Shown here piece after piece: positions 39,340 to 52,360 of a DNA stretch of 64,000 nt; position 1 is the first letter of the stretch; each line of letters starts with the position of its first letter. The translations under genes and the position numbers were made by a program. The DNA is taken from the NCBI RefSeq assembly GCF_006345805.1, contig NC_043004.1, positions 59,520,001-59,584,000 on the forward strand, in the 5' to 3' direction. Source of the DNA: Octopus sinensis (taxonomy: Eukaryota). Below the pieces are notes generated by a model. It saw only the letters and a list, made by a program, of their open reading frames with translations. It made no database searches and had not been told where the DNA came from.

Positions 39340-40470
39340 CGCAGATTCACAAACTTATGGTCTGTGCATGCAATCTGCCGGAATTGTGAACGCTCTGCCT
39401 CACTCCTGTCTACTGGAAAACAAAATGCTCTATCTAGAACTTATTTTGTTCACGGAGACAGTAACACATTTTAAATATTTCAGTCGTTACTTGCAAGTCC
39501 TTCAGAGAATGTTGCTTTTCTATACGAGTTCCTTAATGCTAAAGTGTCATCAAAATTGCTCCTCTAGTCATCCACTTACTCCATTAAGAGTCGCCATTGG
39601 CATAAGTTTATAGGAAAATATCTCGCAGACTTGCTCCAGGTTGCGTATATGCGATTGTAAAGATATTTCCTTCTATTCTGATTACACAGAGCTACTTGTG
39701 ACTTAGTCTGTTTGTGGCTAGAAAGATGAATTGTATGTAAAAATATAAATATTTCTGCAATGTCAGTCGTTCCAGCCCTACTGAAATGCGTTAGCCATTT
39801 AATTATTAGTAAATGTGAGTGACTACTTGTCAGAAATATTGCTCTCGTTGACAATTAATGCATCTATATCTAGTAACCTGAAATCGTTAAGGAAGCTTCT
39901 CTGCTTCTAAACCTATATGTTCCACAGTTATTCTGTTCTCAATACAGTTTAGGGAGGCGAAGAAAAAGTGAATGAAGTCAGTTATCTTGTTTCAGAAGAA
40001 CGAGTAAACTGCACCTCTGAAGATATAAAAATGTTCATAAAAACTCTCTACAAGTTGCTTGGCCCCAAATTTTTTCCAGGAAAATTGTTACGCTGAGTTT
40101 GAACTTCTACTCTAGTAATATGCAAACCTCTAATGCGCATTACATTTTTGTGCATATTTTATTACAGCAACCTTTGTACTCCCTCCATCCACTGCCGTTT
40201 TCGAGCACTAGTGAATCGGAGAATGTGCTCTGCGAGTAGCTGTTGTTATTATACAAACCATTGCTGTTCAAGTTGTTTTTACTGAGTTCCTTGATCAATT
40301 CACTGCTTCAATTGATGCTACTATTTTCTTTATGTACTTGCGAACGAATGCTTAGGTTTTGATGATGTTCGTACAGATTAACTGGTTCCTTCGTGTTTGT
40401 CACAATTGTAGCTATGCTTGTGGGCAAACAGGTTTCTACTTTTGTATTAGACATTATGACTAATTGTTAC
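39340..40470 (-). pseudogene. Possible heavily decayed coding remnant (Penelope RT/GIY-YIG-like?)
   Basis: About 100 codons with one stop (MSNTKVETCLPTSIATIV...STFSDSLVLENG) plus fragments IAYTQPGASLRDIF and YLKCVT; only weak recalled resemblance to PLE ORFs. Confidence 0.22.
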
Positions 40471-40494
40471 CCAGGTCACTTTTATTCTCTTTTA

Positions 40495-40897
40495 TCTTTT
40501 ACTTCTGTCAGTCATTTGACTGCGGCCATGCTGGAGCACCGCCTTTAGTCGAGCAAACCGACCCCGGGACTTATTCTTTGTAAGCCCAGTACTTATTATA
40601 TCGGTCTCTTTTGCCGAACCGCTAAGTGACGGGGGATATAAACACACCAGCATCGGTTGTCAATCAATGCTAGGGAGACAAACGCAGACACACAAACACA
40701 TACACATACGTACATACATATATATACATATATACGACAGGCTTCTTTCAGTTTCCGTCTACGAAATCCACTCACAAGGCATTGGTCGGCCCGAGGCTAT
40801 AGCAGAAGACATTTGCCCAAGATGCCACGCAGTGGGACTGAACCCGGAACCATGTGGTTGGTAAGCAAGCTACTTACCACACAGCCACTCCTGCGCC
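40495..40897 (-). mobile_element. SINE family B
   Basis: Full reverse-complement match to family B. Confidence 0.9.
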
Positions 40898-41339
40898 TTA
40901 TTTTTTTCATATCTCATCATATCTTGCATTCTTTTTCCTAATTTCTTTCTTTTTAGTTCTCGAAATATGTTGAATAGTGCGATTGATACATGTCCAAGGA
41001 TGTTTCTTATCCATTTTCTTATGGGAATGAGGAGAGTGAAATTTAGCGCAATTCTAGCATCAATTGCCAAGTGGCACACATGAGAGACACTACAGTCCCT
41101 GCTAAGCGTACGAATGGTGCTCCAGCTGTTATGGTTGTTGCTCCTGCTGTTTATGTGTTATCTTTATTTCTGGTAACAAATCGAGGCTCATATTTTCCTT
41201 CAAATTTTTTAGTCCCTCATTGTAGTAGTATTTACGCTGTCTGTTGTGACATAACGTGCAGCTTTACTCCACTTTTGAAATCTGTGATGTCTGGGATATT
41301 TATGCCGAGATAAAACTTGGACGTGCTGCCGCACTTGTG

Positions 41340-41760
41340 AACTTACTGGGCACGAGTGTTTGGCACAGCGGATGTCTCAGCTAAGGACAAACGTTTTGTA
41401 CTCCTTCTCTTGCTGTAGAGTTACGAAACATAGACACTGCTCGGAGCACTTAGGGTTCGACTGAACTCCTTTGGTGCCGGGACGCTTCATCGGATGACGT
41501 TGGGTTTCGTATGCAACCAACGACCATACTCATATCCTTGGATGCGTTTTGTTACTTGTATGATTTGGGAGCGTCGGCTTAGATTGTTTGAACTTGTTGC
41601 ATCATTTTTCAGATTGGATTCTGCATTTCATGTTCTTTTCTCAGAGGCTCCGCCTGGGATGACAGCATGTGTTGGTTGGCCACATGCCTTAGTGTTCAAT
41701 GCTGATGAGAAAGTATTTCACGAGTATAGGATCTGTTGGGGATCGGAGGATTTCACGAGA
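41340..41760 (+). pseudogene. RTE-clade LINE RT C-terminal fragment
   Basis: VLLLLL*SYET*TL (cf. VLPVLLYGCETWTL), RLNSFG, FVCNQR, VTCMIWERRLRLF..VA, PPG...VGWP (cf. RPRGRP). Confidence 0.68.
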
Positions 41761-42009
41761 CAACCCTAGCAGATACAGTCAAATAATGTATGCAAAGAAG
41801 GGTTGCAACGTCACAAGACCCCATACAGGACCTGAATTAATCGAGGTTGTTTACCATTTCTCCGTGTATAATAAGAAGCACCCACATAAAAACACTAGTC
41901 CAAATCCTATGCGGTGTATAATCCAGCACTCTCTTGGATCTTATTTTAAATATTTCTGTAAACAAATTGTCTTCCAAAATTAACTAAAAATCCAACAGGT
42001 AATCAAATA

Positions 42010-42240
42010 AGGCGGCGAGCTGGTAGAAACGTTAGCACGCCAGGCGACATGCGTAGCCGCATTTCGTCTGCCGTTACGTTCTGAGTTCAAATTCCGCCGA
42101 GGTTGACTTTGCCCTTCATCCTTTCGGGGTCGATTAAATAAGTACCAGTTACGCACTGGGGTCGATATAATCGACTTAATCCGTTTGTCTATCCTTGTTT
42201 ATCCTCTCTATGTTTAACCCCTTGTGGGTAGTAAATAAAT
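42010..42240 (+). mobile_element. SINE family A with 13-bp TSD
   Basis: TSD AGGTAATCAAATA at 41997-42009 and 42241-42253. Confidence 0.92.
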
Positions 42241-42284
42241 AGGTAATCAAATATAATCGATAAAACTCCAACTTATCTGATTCT

Positions 42285-42470
42285 GTACCTCGCTTAGAAT
42301 TGGCGGACAAATGCATTGCAAAATATCTTCCGATACAAATTCCTCCGAGGTCGACTTCACCTTTTATCCTTTCAGAATGGAGAAAATAAGAACCAGTTGA
42401 ACACTGAGGTCGATGAAATCGGTTAGCCCACAGACCCGAAATTGCTGGCATTGTGCCAAAATTTTAAATC
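42285..42470 (+). mobile_element. Degraded SINE family A-related copy
   Basis: GAGGTCGACTTCACCTTTTATCC...CCAGTTGAACACTGAGGTCGAT. Confidence 0.5.
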
Positions 42471-42675
42471 AATATTACTTCCGACAGATTACTTTCTGTG
42501 TTCAAATCCAGCCGAAGTCTGTTTTGCTTTTTCACCATTTGTAGGTCGATAAAATGAAGTAGTTGTCTAGTATTAGGATAAGTGTAATGAAATAAAACCC
42601 GTTTCCTTATTTGGGACGCTGTAAGTTTTATTTGGAATAACTAAGAGTATTTCGACGTGGAAATGAAGACAAGCA

Positions 42676-43190
42676 GAAGAAGAAGAAGAAGAAGAAGAAG
42701 AAGAAGAAGAAGAAGAAGAAGAAGAAGGAGGAGGAGGAGGAGGAGGAGAGGAAGATGAAGAAGAAGAAGAAAAAGGAGAAGGAGAGGAAGAAGAAGTAGA
42801 AGAAGAAGAAGAAGAAGAAGGAGAAGGAGAAGAAGGAGAGGAAGAAGAAGAAGAAGAAGAAGAAGAAGAGAGAAGAAGAAGTAGAAGAAGAAGAAGAAGA
42901 AGAAGGAGAAGGAGAAGAAGGAGAGGAAGAAGAAGAAGAAGATGAAGAAGAAGAAGAAGAAGGAGAGAAAGAAGAAGAAGAAGAAGAAGAGGGAGAAGAA
43001 GAAGAAGAAGAAGGAGAAGAAGGAGAGGAAGAAGAAGAAGATGAAGAAGAAGAAGGAGAGGAAGAAGAAGAAGAGGAAGAAGAAGAAGGAGAAGAAGAAA
43101 AAGAAAAAGAAGAAGAAAAAAGAAGAAAAAAGAAGAAGAAGAAGAAGAAGAAGAAGGAGAAGAAGAAGAAGAAGGAAAAGAAAAGCAACA
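42676..43190. repeat. About 515-bp (GAA/GGA)n polypurine tract
   Basis: Almost no pyrimidines on the plus strand; internal higher-order motif GAAGGAGAAGGAGAAGAAGGAGAGGAAG recurs. Confidence 0.95.
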
Positions 43191-43329
43191 ATTACAGTGT
43201 CAAGAACATAAATGACGTTACACGAAGAATAATAACATTTTTACTTATAACTACTAATAGAAGAAAAAGAAGCGAACGAAAAATTATAATGTTGGTAATT
43301 GCAAAGCTGGTGGCAGTAATAGTGGTGTT

Positions 43330-43645
43330 ATAGATGATGATGATGGTGAGAAGGAGGAGGAGGAGGGGGGGATGGGGAGGAAGGGGAGGAGGAGGGGGAG
43401 GATGAAGAAGCAGTGGTGGAGAAGAATGATGATGGCGACAATGACATGCCGTCGCCGACGATAACTGTGACGACGACAACGATGATTATAACGATGATGA
43501 TGAGAATGGTGATGATAACGATGACGACGATGATGATTGTAATGATGATGATAATGGTGATGATGATGATGATGATGATAATGGTGATGATGATGATGAT
43601 GATGATGACGATGACAACGATGACGACGGCAACGGCGATGACGAT
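43330..43645. repeat. (GGA)/(GAT/GAC)n trinucleotide tract
   Basis: Direct reading. Confidence 0.9.
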
Positions 43646-46005
43646 GAACGGTGTTCATGCATCGGCTACGGGAAGAAAATAATAAGATTTAGTTCAGATG
43701 TCATTATCAACCATTATTAATAAACTATTGTAACTTCATGAAGAGTCAATCAATGTCTCTCTCTTTGTGCCTCTCCCTCCCCCTCTCGCTCTTTTTATCT
43801 ATCCATCTATCTTACTCTCTGCCTTCACACCATCTGTACTTCAGTCTCTCTGCACTTCCCCCCTCTCACACTCGCTTGCTCGCTTACATAATTCTGCATT
43901 TGTCTTTTAACAAGGACACATCGATACGTTCGAATGGTGATAATAAGGTTTGATCTGGAATTGAATGAAAGCTAATCGCTATATCTTTTTATGGCTTTGA
44001 TCGTATAACATCATCGTATCACTTTCTATCCATCTCTCATTACATATAACTGTTTGTGTATGTGTCTGTATATATGTATAAATGTATGTACTTATGAATG
44101 CGCATATATATATATATTATATATATATATATAAGTGTGTGTGTGTGTGTTTCTATATATACATATACATATATATATTTATATGTAGGTATATATATAT
44201 ATGTGTGTGTGTATAAGTATATATGTCCACATATATATATTTTCATATGTACGTTGTGTATACACCACACGTACACCTGCATACACACACGCACACACAC
44301 ATGTATTCATTTATATACACATATACATAACCATGCACGTGTCTTGTTCTCTTTCTCTCTGCCTCTTTACACATGCATATCCATAGAAACACAGATATAT
44401 ACACTCACTCGTACGCATACAATCACATATACATGTGTATATGTGTATTTGAATGTTCAAATACACACAGAAGCATAACACACAGACACATACATGCACA
44501 CACGTTCACATATACATATATATCATCTCTCACACTCTCCAGCATATTCTTCAATGGGAATGTCACATGTAGAGTAGATAAGAGATAAAGGAAGCCAATT
44601 CTTGCTTGGAATTTGGAACTTCTTCAGAGAACGTTTGTTACGAAGGAAGATTCACAACTTTCTGAAGATATCCAGGTATTGTTTCATTGAATTCACTCTT
44701 TTGTCTTGTTAGTGTACTGTTCGTTATTGCTGATGTTGTTGTTGCGACTGTTGCTGTTGAAGCAGTAGTTAATGGTAGTTCTGAGAGTAAATTGAAGAAT
44801 CCGTTTATATGCAATTCCACTCGGAACAATCTAAATTTTCATATTGATACTACACCAACAACACGCTGCAAAGCATCTTGACACGACTTCAAATAATTCA
44901 CCTTAATATGAGAACGTCTGTCTGTGTGTCATTCTGTGTTCGTTTGTGTGTTTGTGTGCTTGTGTAGTTCTATTAGCCTTTTGAAATGGATCAGTAATAT
45001 TACAACACTAGCATGGAAATACAATAACTAACTAACTAACAACAACGCAAGAAAGAGGAAAGAAGAAAGAAGGAAGACGAAATAAGAATCTAATCAACCA
45101 GTTACATTCCTGATTCAAGCCATTGTGCAACACGAGAGAATGCCGGGATTGATTGTGGATTAACTGTTGATGTGTATAGGCCTAACAAGACTACAACAAA
45201 AACAACATCAACAGCAATAATAATGACAACAAAAACAACAACGGTAAAAGATGCAACAGCCCAAAAAGAACATACAAATGATTTCCGAATCAAATGAAAC
45301 TCAGGAACACATAAGAAAAGAAAATGGATGCCAAAAAAATGAATACTAAAAGCTCGGTAATATTTAGTTTCTTTTCCCTTGGATATGAGCTCAAATCTCA
45401 AATCCCATCGGAGCAGACGTTTGCTTTCATCCTTCTTCCAGTATTTGGTAATTTTGTTTTTCTTATAGGAGATCTGTGATTGATTTCATGATTTATACAG
45501 CTGGCTCATAATAACAGCTTGTTATACTGCCTACTTCCGAACATCTGACATTGGTGCAGTTGTGTTGTTTTTTTGTTTTTGTTTTTGTTTTTGTGCATCA
45601 TCATTATCGTCATCGCTGTCGTCGTGGTCGTGGTCGTTGTCACTACCTCACAGTCATCATCTTCTACATCTGCTCTTTATTTTCTTCTACCACCACCACC
45701 ACCAACACCACCTCTACTATTACTACTTCTACCACTTTCCCCTCCTATCGTAGAAGGTTCTAGTAATGAAACGTGCCATCTTTCAGAAGTCCTTTTCCGA
45801 TACTGGTTCTTGGTCAAGTAGTTTAAAAATGAAACTGAACAGAGCGGTGAATTTTTATTTTCACTTATCAATTTCATTTCAAACTTTCTTTGCTGAGATC
45901 ATACGAAAGTTTATGCATAATTTTCGCCATGGCAAATCGTGTAAGTTTTCATGTAGATCCATTATCAACCTGGACCTTAGTCCCGTAGTCATTCCCTTAA
46001 TTAGG

Positions 46006-46333
46006 ATAGGAGCACTCCGTCGGTTACGACGACGAGGGTCCCAGCTGATACGATCAACGGAAGAGCCTGCTCGTGAAATTACCGTGCAAGTAGCTGAGCA
46101 CTCCACAGACACGTGTACCCTTAACGTAGTTCCCAGGGAGATTCATCGTGACACACAGTGTGACAAGACCGGCCCTTTGAAATACAGGTACAACTCATTT
46201 TTGCCAGCTGAGTGGTCTGGAGCAACATGAAATAAAGTGTCTTGCTCAAGGACACAACGCGTCGCCTGGAATCGAACTCACGACCTTACAATCGTGAGCC
46301 GAATGCCCTATCCACTAAGCCACGCACCTTCAC
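46006..46333 (-). mobile_element. SINE family C with 14-bp TSD
   Basis: TSD TTCCCTTAATTAGG at 45992-46005 and 46334-46347. Confidence 0.92.
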
Positions 46334-46521
46334 TTCCCTTAATTAGGCAATTGCGAATAAGGCAACAGTTAATGACCTCATTATTGTTACATATAAGTTT
46401 GTCATCAAACCCTTTTGATCTACTGCGTCTGCTAATATTTTGCTGGGTAACAAACGAGGGCAAGTTCTTAGGGAATGGATAGCTAACTTTCGAGTTTATG
46501 TTAGATATTATATAATATGTA

Positions 46522-46689
46522 GGCGTAGGAGTAGCTGTGTGGTAAGTAGCTTGCTTACCAGCCACATGGTTCCGGGTTCAATCCCACAGCGTGGCACCTT
46601 GCGCAAGTGTTTCTACTATAACCTCGGTCCGACATGCCTTGTGAGTGGATTTGGTAGACATAAACTGAAAGAAGCTCATCGTATATATG

Positions 46690-46739
<50 letters not shown>

Positions 46740-46912
46740 TGTGCCTGTGTTTACGTCCCCGTAACTTAGCGGTTCCGTAAAAGAGTCCGATAGAATAAGT
46801 ACTAGGGTTCCAACGAATAAGTTCTGGGGTCGATTTGCTCGACTAAAGGCGGTGCTCCAGTATGGCCGCAGTCAAATTACTGATACAAGTAAAAGAACAA
46901 ACGAGTAAAAGA
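46522..46912 (+). mobile_element. SINE family B
   Basis: Full head-to-tail match. Confidence 0.9.
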
Positions 46913-47199
46913 GTATGTATATCATATCAAAAAATGACAAAATTCTAAATTTAAGAAAGCAATATTAGTTTTTAAATCCAAAGGGTTGAAGTAAGCCACA
47001 AGACATTTCTAGTTCTAATGCGACAAGACTTCCCTGGTTATTTCACCGGCAAGATAACAAATCTGACCACAGATTACACAACATTTAAATGTGTACTATT
47101 AATAGAATGAGACTATGTTAAATGCTGATTCATCGGATGAGCATGTAAATCTTTAATTATATAAGTTGGGTGATTAGAATATTTATCAGTATCCTCTCT

Positions 47200-47395
47200 A
47201 CTATAGGCAGAAAGCATGAAATTTGGCGAGAGGGTGTAAGTCGATTACGTCGAGCCAATGTGCAAATGGAACTTATCTTGTAGACACTGAAACGATGAAA
47301 AATAAAGTCGATTTCGGTGGAACTTGAACTTAGAACGTAAAGACGTGGCGAAATACCTCTAAGCATTTCGGTAAAGACTCTGCTAGCTTGCCGCC
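47200..47395 (-). mobile_element. Degraded SINE family A
   Basis: AAAGTCGATTTCGGTGGAACTTGAACTTAGAACGTAAAGACG. Confidence 0.55.
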
Positions 47396-47631
47396 ATGGG
47401 ATTCTTATTAATATTATTAATATCATGTAACCTCTCATTAAGCTTGCAGTGAAGCAAACAAAAACAACAGTGCTGTATTGTATATCTTAATTGGCTGACA
47501 CAAATATAGTTGGTATCCAGAGTTATACTTGAATCTACACGCTTGAAGAACACAATAAAACCACTCCTGAATCGATTGAGTTCAAAACCATTAATACTAC
47601 CAGTAATAATCTTTTCTACTACAGGTACAGT

Positions 47632-47910
47632 GGAGGCACATGGCCTAGTGGTTAGAGCAGCAGATTTGCGGTCGAGGGATCGCGAGTTCGAATCTGAGAC
47701 CGGGCCATGTGTGTGTTTATGAACGAAACACCTAAACTCCGCGCGGCTTCGGCAGAAGGTAATGGCGAAACGTCTGCTGACTCTTTCGCCACAACTTTCT
47801 TTCACTCTTTCCTCTTGCATCTTGCAGCTCACCTGCGACGGACCGGCGTCCTCCTGTCCAGGTGGGGAACCTATACACCAAGGAAAGCGGGGAAACTCGA
47901 GAAGGCCTAG
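47632..47910 (+). mobile_element. tRNA-derived SINE (GGAGGCACATGGCCTAGTGG head, distinct tail)
   Basis: A/B boxes TGGCCTAGTGG and GTTCGAATCT; body shared with 50115-50414 and 58041-58428. Confidence 0.75.
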
Positions 47911-47919
47911 CATATGGGG

Positions 47920-48100
47920 GGGGGGAGAGATAAGTCGATGACATCGAACGCAGTATTCAACTGGCACTTATTTTCATCGACAGCAAATGGATGCAAGACA
48001 AAGTCAACCTCGGCAGCATTTGATCCCGGGGTGTAAAGATAGAGGAAATGCTGCAAAGCATTTTGTGTGATTTGTAAACCATTCTGCCAGTTCACCGCCT
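47920..48100 (-). mobile_element. Degraded SINE family A
   Basis: AAAGTCAACCTCGGCAGCATTTG...TCTGCCAGTTCACCGCC. Confidence 0.5.
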
Positions 48101-48312
48101 TTACTACGAGTAAAAACAAGTTCTCGTATTTGGTGTTCACCTATATGCTTTTGTTAATGGTGAATCATATTCATCCAACAGTTTCCAGTCATTTTCTTAA
48201 AAGATAAATCCTAGTCCGATCAATTTTAAGTTTTTATTGGAGAAGTTATTAAATAATTACCACTGTAGTATTTCCAAACATTTGTAAACAATTTTACTGT
48301 TCAATCCTACTT

Positions 48313-48353
48313 TTGTCTGATGATTGTCTGATGATTGAAACCCTCAGTCACAA
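48313..48353 (+). ncRNA. Candidate minimal hammerhead with duplicated core
   Basis: UUGU-CUGAUGA-UUGU-CUGAUGA-UU-GAAA-C-CCUCA-G-UC-ACAA. Confidence 0.38.
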
Positions 48354-49109
48354 CATAAAATGTCTCAGCCTCTAAGTATAACATACTATACACACGAACA
48401 CGCACACACATACATACAAACACGTATATGCATATATGCATATGCACCTACCTACACGCATACACACACATATATATGCACATATATGTGTGTGTGCGAC
48501 TTCGTGTGTGTGTAAGTACAAACCATTTAAGACCGATGTTCGTTATAAAATGTGGTTAGCTCGACAATTATTATACCAAAGCGATGTGTATTCATACGTA
48601 CACATGCGTAAACATATATGTACGCACACATACATATATATTTATACCCATACTCTTTCATATGCAAAACTGCGTCTGTACATATGTCGGCTTATATGCG
48701 AGTGCTGTCATTGAAATAGTGTTACATAGAGAACCAAATGTGATGAAAAGAATTATTTCATAAGTGTTATGGTAACAAAATCAATAGACTCACTCAGTCA
48801 TTTATACAACCTTTTGTTGTCCCACCATCTTCCGCCGCTCAACATCATCACCATAATAATAACAACTACAAAAATGATCATCACTAACATCACCATCATC
48901 GGAACCTCATCATCAGTAATAATCAGTAACAACGACACTAAAAACAAGCATGGCTATAAATCATTGAAATATAAATTATTGTAATAAAGTTCTTAGCAAC
49001 AAGGACATTTGATTATACAGACAGGGAACAACATGAGCAATAAAAGCAACAACATCAACAGCCAGCTCAATAAATATTGATGTCGCTGTTGTTAAATCAA
49101 CGATTACGT

Positions 49110-49112
49110 TCC

Positions 49113-49194
<82 letters not shown>

Positions 49195-49232
49195 GTCTAT
49201 CTATCTGTCTGTCTGTCTGTATATATATATGA

Positions 49233-49305
<73 letters not shown>

Positions 49306-49380
49306 TATGTATATATATATGCATATATACATACGTATATGTACATACTTACATCTGTATGTATATACATATGCATATGC
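49110..49380. repeat. (TATC)n followed by (TA)n
   Basis: Direct reading. Confidence 0.95.
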
Positions 49381-50114
49381 GGACACAGGACGTCACAGAA
49401 CGTAAACAACAAAATATACGATAATATGGAATAATAAATACGAATATATGGAATATGAACTTTTTTGGGAACAACGAAGTAAACAATTGGAAAATAAAGG
49501 ACGACCCTTCATCAGTTGGCTTTTTTTCTAATCCGCATTTAGAGCATTTCACAAGATACGCATGCGATAATGCAGTTGCCCTCGCAAAGCACATAAAATA
49601 AAATTTGGGATTTTGCAGAGGGTCAAAATTGGTAACAAAAACAGGACAGGGAAAATAAACGGGAAGGGCTGCTAAGCTTAAATGAAGCAACCTTGAGAAG
49701 AAGACAGACAAGAATACGTCTGGTTCTTCCAGCTGTATCAGGAGGAAAGAAAGAAACACAAGATAAGGTAAGAAAGAAAAATGACCGATGGTGACGTGGG
49801 AGCCACGAGAGAACAAAAACGGGTGAGTGAGGGAGAGAGAGAGAGTGACAGACAGAGAACGGCGAAAGAGAAAATATTAGAGAAAGGATAAGAAAGAAAA
49901 ACGAGAGGGAGAGAAGGACACATAAAAACAATTAGAGAGAGGAAGAGAGAAAACGAAAAAGTAATAGAATAATAGAATAGAATTGAAAATGTCGCATCAG
50001 AACTGTTAAGATAAAACTTACGTGGAAATGAATGCGTGTCGTTCAAGCATATAATAATATAAATAATATATATATTCATATATACATACGTATATACATA
50101 CGTATATATATCAC

Positions 50115-50414
50115 GTGATCACATGACCGACGAGACCATCAGATGTTGTTACACATCGGTGGTCACAATGCGTTCGCATTGTTTTAGCCTTCGAATGACG
50201 CCACCCCGCTGGCTAAGCGAGCAGGCCAACAGACGAAAGAGTGAGAGAAAGAGTGGTGAAAGAGTACAGCAGGGATCACCGCCCCCTGTCGGAGCGTCGT
50301 AGAGCTTTCAGGTGTTTTCGCTCAGTAAACACACACAACGCCCGGTCTGGGAATCGAAACCGCAATCCTACGACCGCGAGTCCGCTGCCCTAATCACTGG
50401 GTCATTGCGCCTCC
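50115..50414 (-). mobile_element. tRNA-derived SINE (GGAGGCGCAATG head) with an alternative tail
   Basis: Head and body collinear with 58041-58220, then an unrelated tail ending GTCATGTGATCACGTGA. Confidence 0.82.
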
Positions 50415-50418
50415 ACAC

Positions 50419-50453
<35 letters not shown>

Positions 50454-50736
50454 TGCATATGTGTATACACGATATCACGTACACTTATATGCACTCAAAC
50501 ACATATACTCATAAATGTGAGTGTATACATGTATACATTACTGTAGATTGTATGCTTGTGTTTATGTGTCAAAATGTGTGTATATGTGATACAAACCATT
50601 ACATGTATTTCACAAGAATATAAACTGCAGGGAGCGGGGGAGACGACAGAGTAATATGAAGTCCCCGAGAAAATACTATATATGAAATATTTCCCAGAGC
50701 TTTTTTAGTTCATGTAATTTCATCCACACACACACA

Positions 50737-50776
<40 letters not shown>

Positions 50777-50838
50777 TAGACATATATAGATATATACATA
50801 CACATATACATACATACATACATGCATATATATATATG

Positions 50839-50871
<33 letters not shown>

Positions 50872-51109
50872 GATCTTTTATCTTCAATATTTTACTTGTT
50901 CCAATGGTTCCACTACGACCATGCCTTTGTGGAGGTCAGTGTTGAAGAATTTTAGTTAGGCGAAGCGCTCCCAGGTTTTTTTCTCTTTTGCTAAACCTGT
51001 CGGCTTTGTTCGTAGAAAAAGCTAAATTTCAGCATGTCAATGTCAGTTGCCAAGCGCTGTTAGAAAAATAACACAGACAGAAAGACATACCTGAATATAT
51101 ACATTAAAC

Positions 51110-51174
<65 letters not shown>

Positions 51175-51252
51175 ATATATATATTGAATTTAAAATCCAG
51201 GAAATGAAGAAATAGCGTTAATAGAATTCATCAACTGTAAAAATATTCAACA

Positions 51253-51340
51253 GGTTCACTTACAGCTGTTTCGATTTATAATATTATAATATGCCTACTT
51301 TTCGATTTATAAAATTATAATAAGCCTACTTATCAATTTT
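51253..51340 (-). other. Hammerhead half-site remnant with a local duplication of about 31 bp
   Basis: Minus strand CGAAA-C-AGCU-G-UA with palindromic ACAGCUGU; CUGAUGA half degraded; duplicated TTTCGATTTATAA...GCCTACT. Confidence 0.33.
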
Positions 51341-51491
51341 GGGGATTTTAATTTGAATATCCGTAAACCAAGATTTATTCTTAAACCTATTATTTTAGGA
51401 ATGATACTATTCACAACAAAATAATAGGTAACAAACTAGTAATTCATTGGATGGTTATTTTAAGGTTATTATTTTAACTTGTATTTAAATT

Positions 51492-51549
<58 letters not shown>

Positions 51550-51691
51550 CATACATACACCAGTTTGTTTTTATATACATACATATACACATATACATGC
51601 ACATATATATAGATAAGTATACATATGTATAGACACACATACACTCATATATCTCTATCTCTATCTATCTATCTATCTACCTATCTAACTA

Positions 51692-51785
<94 letters not shown>

Positions 51786-52125
51786 TTGTAGTGCCGTATA
51801 GATTCATGAAATAATTGAGCAATTACAGGAATCCCACTCCTGCACCCCACTAACATACCGTATAATAATCCAAAATATAGTATTATAATGCGGAGTTCTA
51901 TGTAGGTGAAATCCAGGGCAATCGGTCAATGAAATTGTTTCGTGAGCTGTATATAGACCATAAATATCAGAAGTTTGGTGACCTTATCGAATTTCAGGTA
52001 GTTAAATATATTCACCTTTTACATCTCACGACTTGTTATGGTCTACACACACACGCACGTCTCTTTTATATTTATATGTATATGTAGGCGCGTACGTGTG
52101 TGTAGTTTGTATGTGTATGAATACT

Positions 52126-52360
52126 TATTTCTTTACTATCCACAAGGGGCTAAACACTGAGCGGACAAACAAGGACAGACAAACGGATTAAGTCGATTAG
52201 AACGACCCCAGTGCGTGACTGGTACTTAATTTATCGACCCCGGAAGTATGAAAGGTAAAGTCGACCTCGGCGAAATTTGAACTCAGAAGATAACGGCAGA
52301 CGAAATACGGCGACGCATTTCGCCCGGCGTGCTAACCTTTCTGCCAGCTCGCCGCCTTCA
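52126..52360 (-). mobile_element. SINE family A with 16-bp TSD
   Basis: TSD TATGTGTATGAATACT at 52110-52125 and 52361-52376. Confidence 0.92.

Noticed and set aside
42628-43682. Poly-S/F, poly-K/R, poly-H and poly-M ORFs
   Set aside because: Read-through of (GAA)n and (GAT)n tracts with no flanking coding signal.
45860-46460. Sequence flanking the TSD-bracketed SINE as a possible transposase
   Set aside because: No Tc1/mariner or piggyBac motif could be read in any frame.
49495-49520. GACG...CCTTCATCAG resembling a deleted hammerhead
   Set aside because: GAAA is absent and the stem I arms are not complementary; too little left to call.
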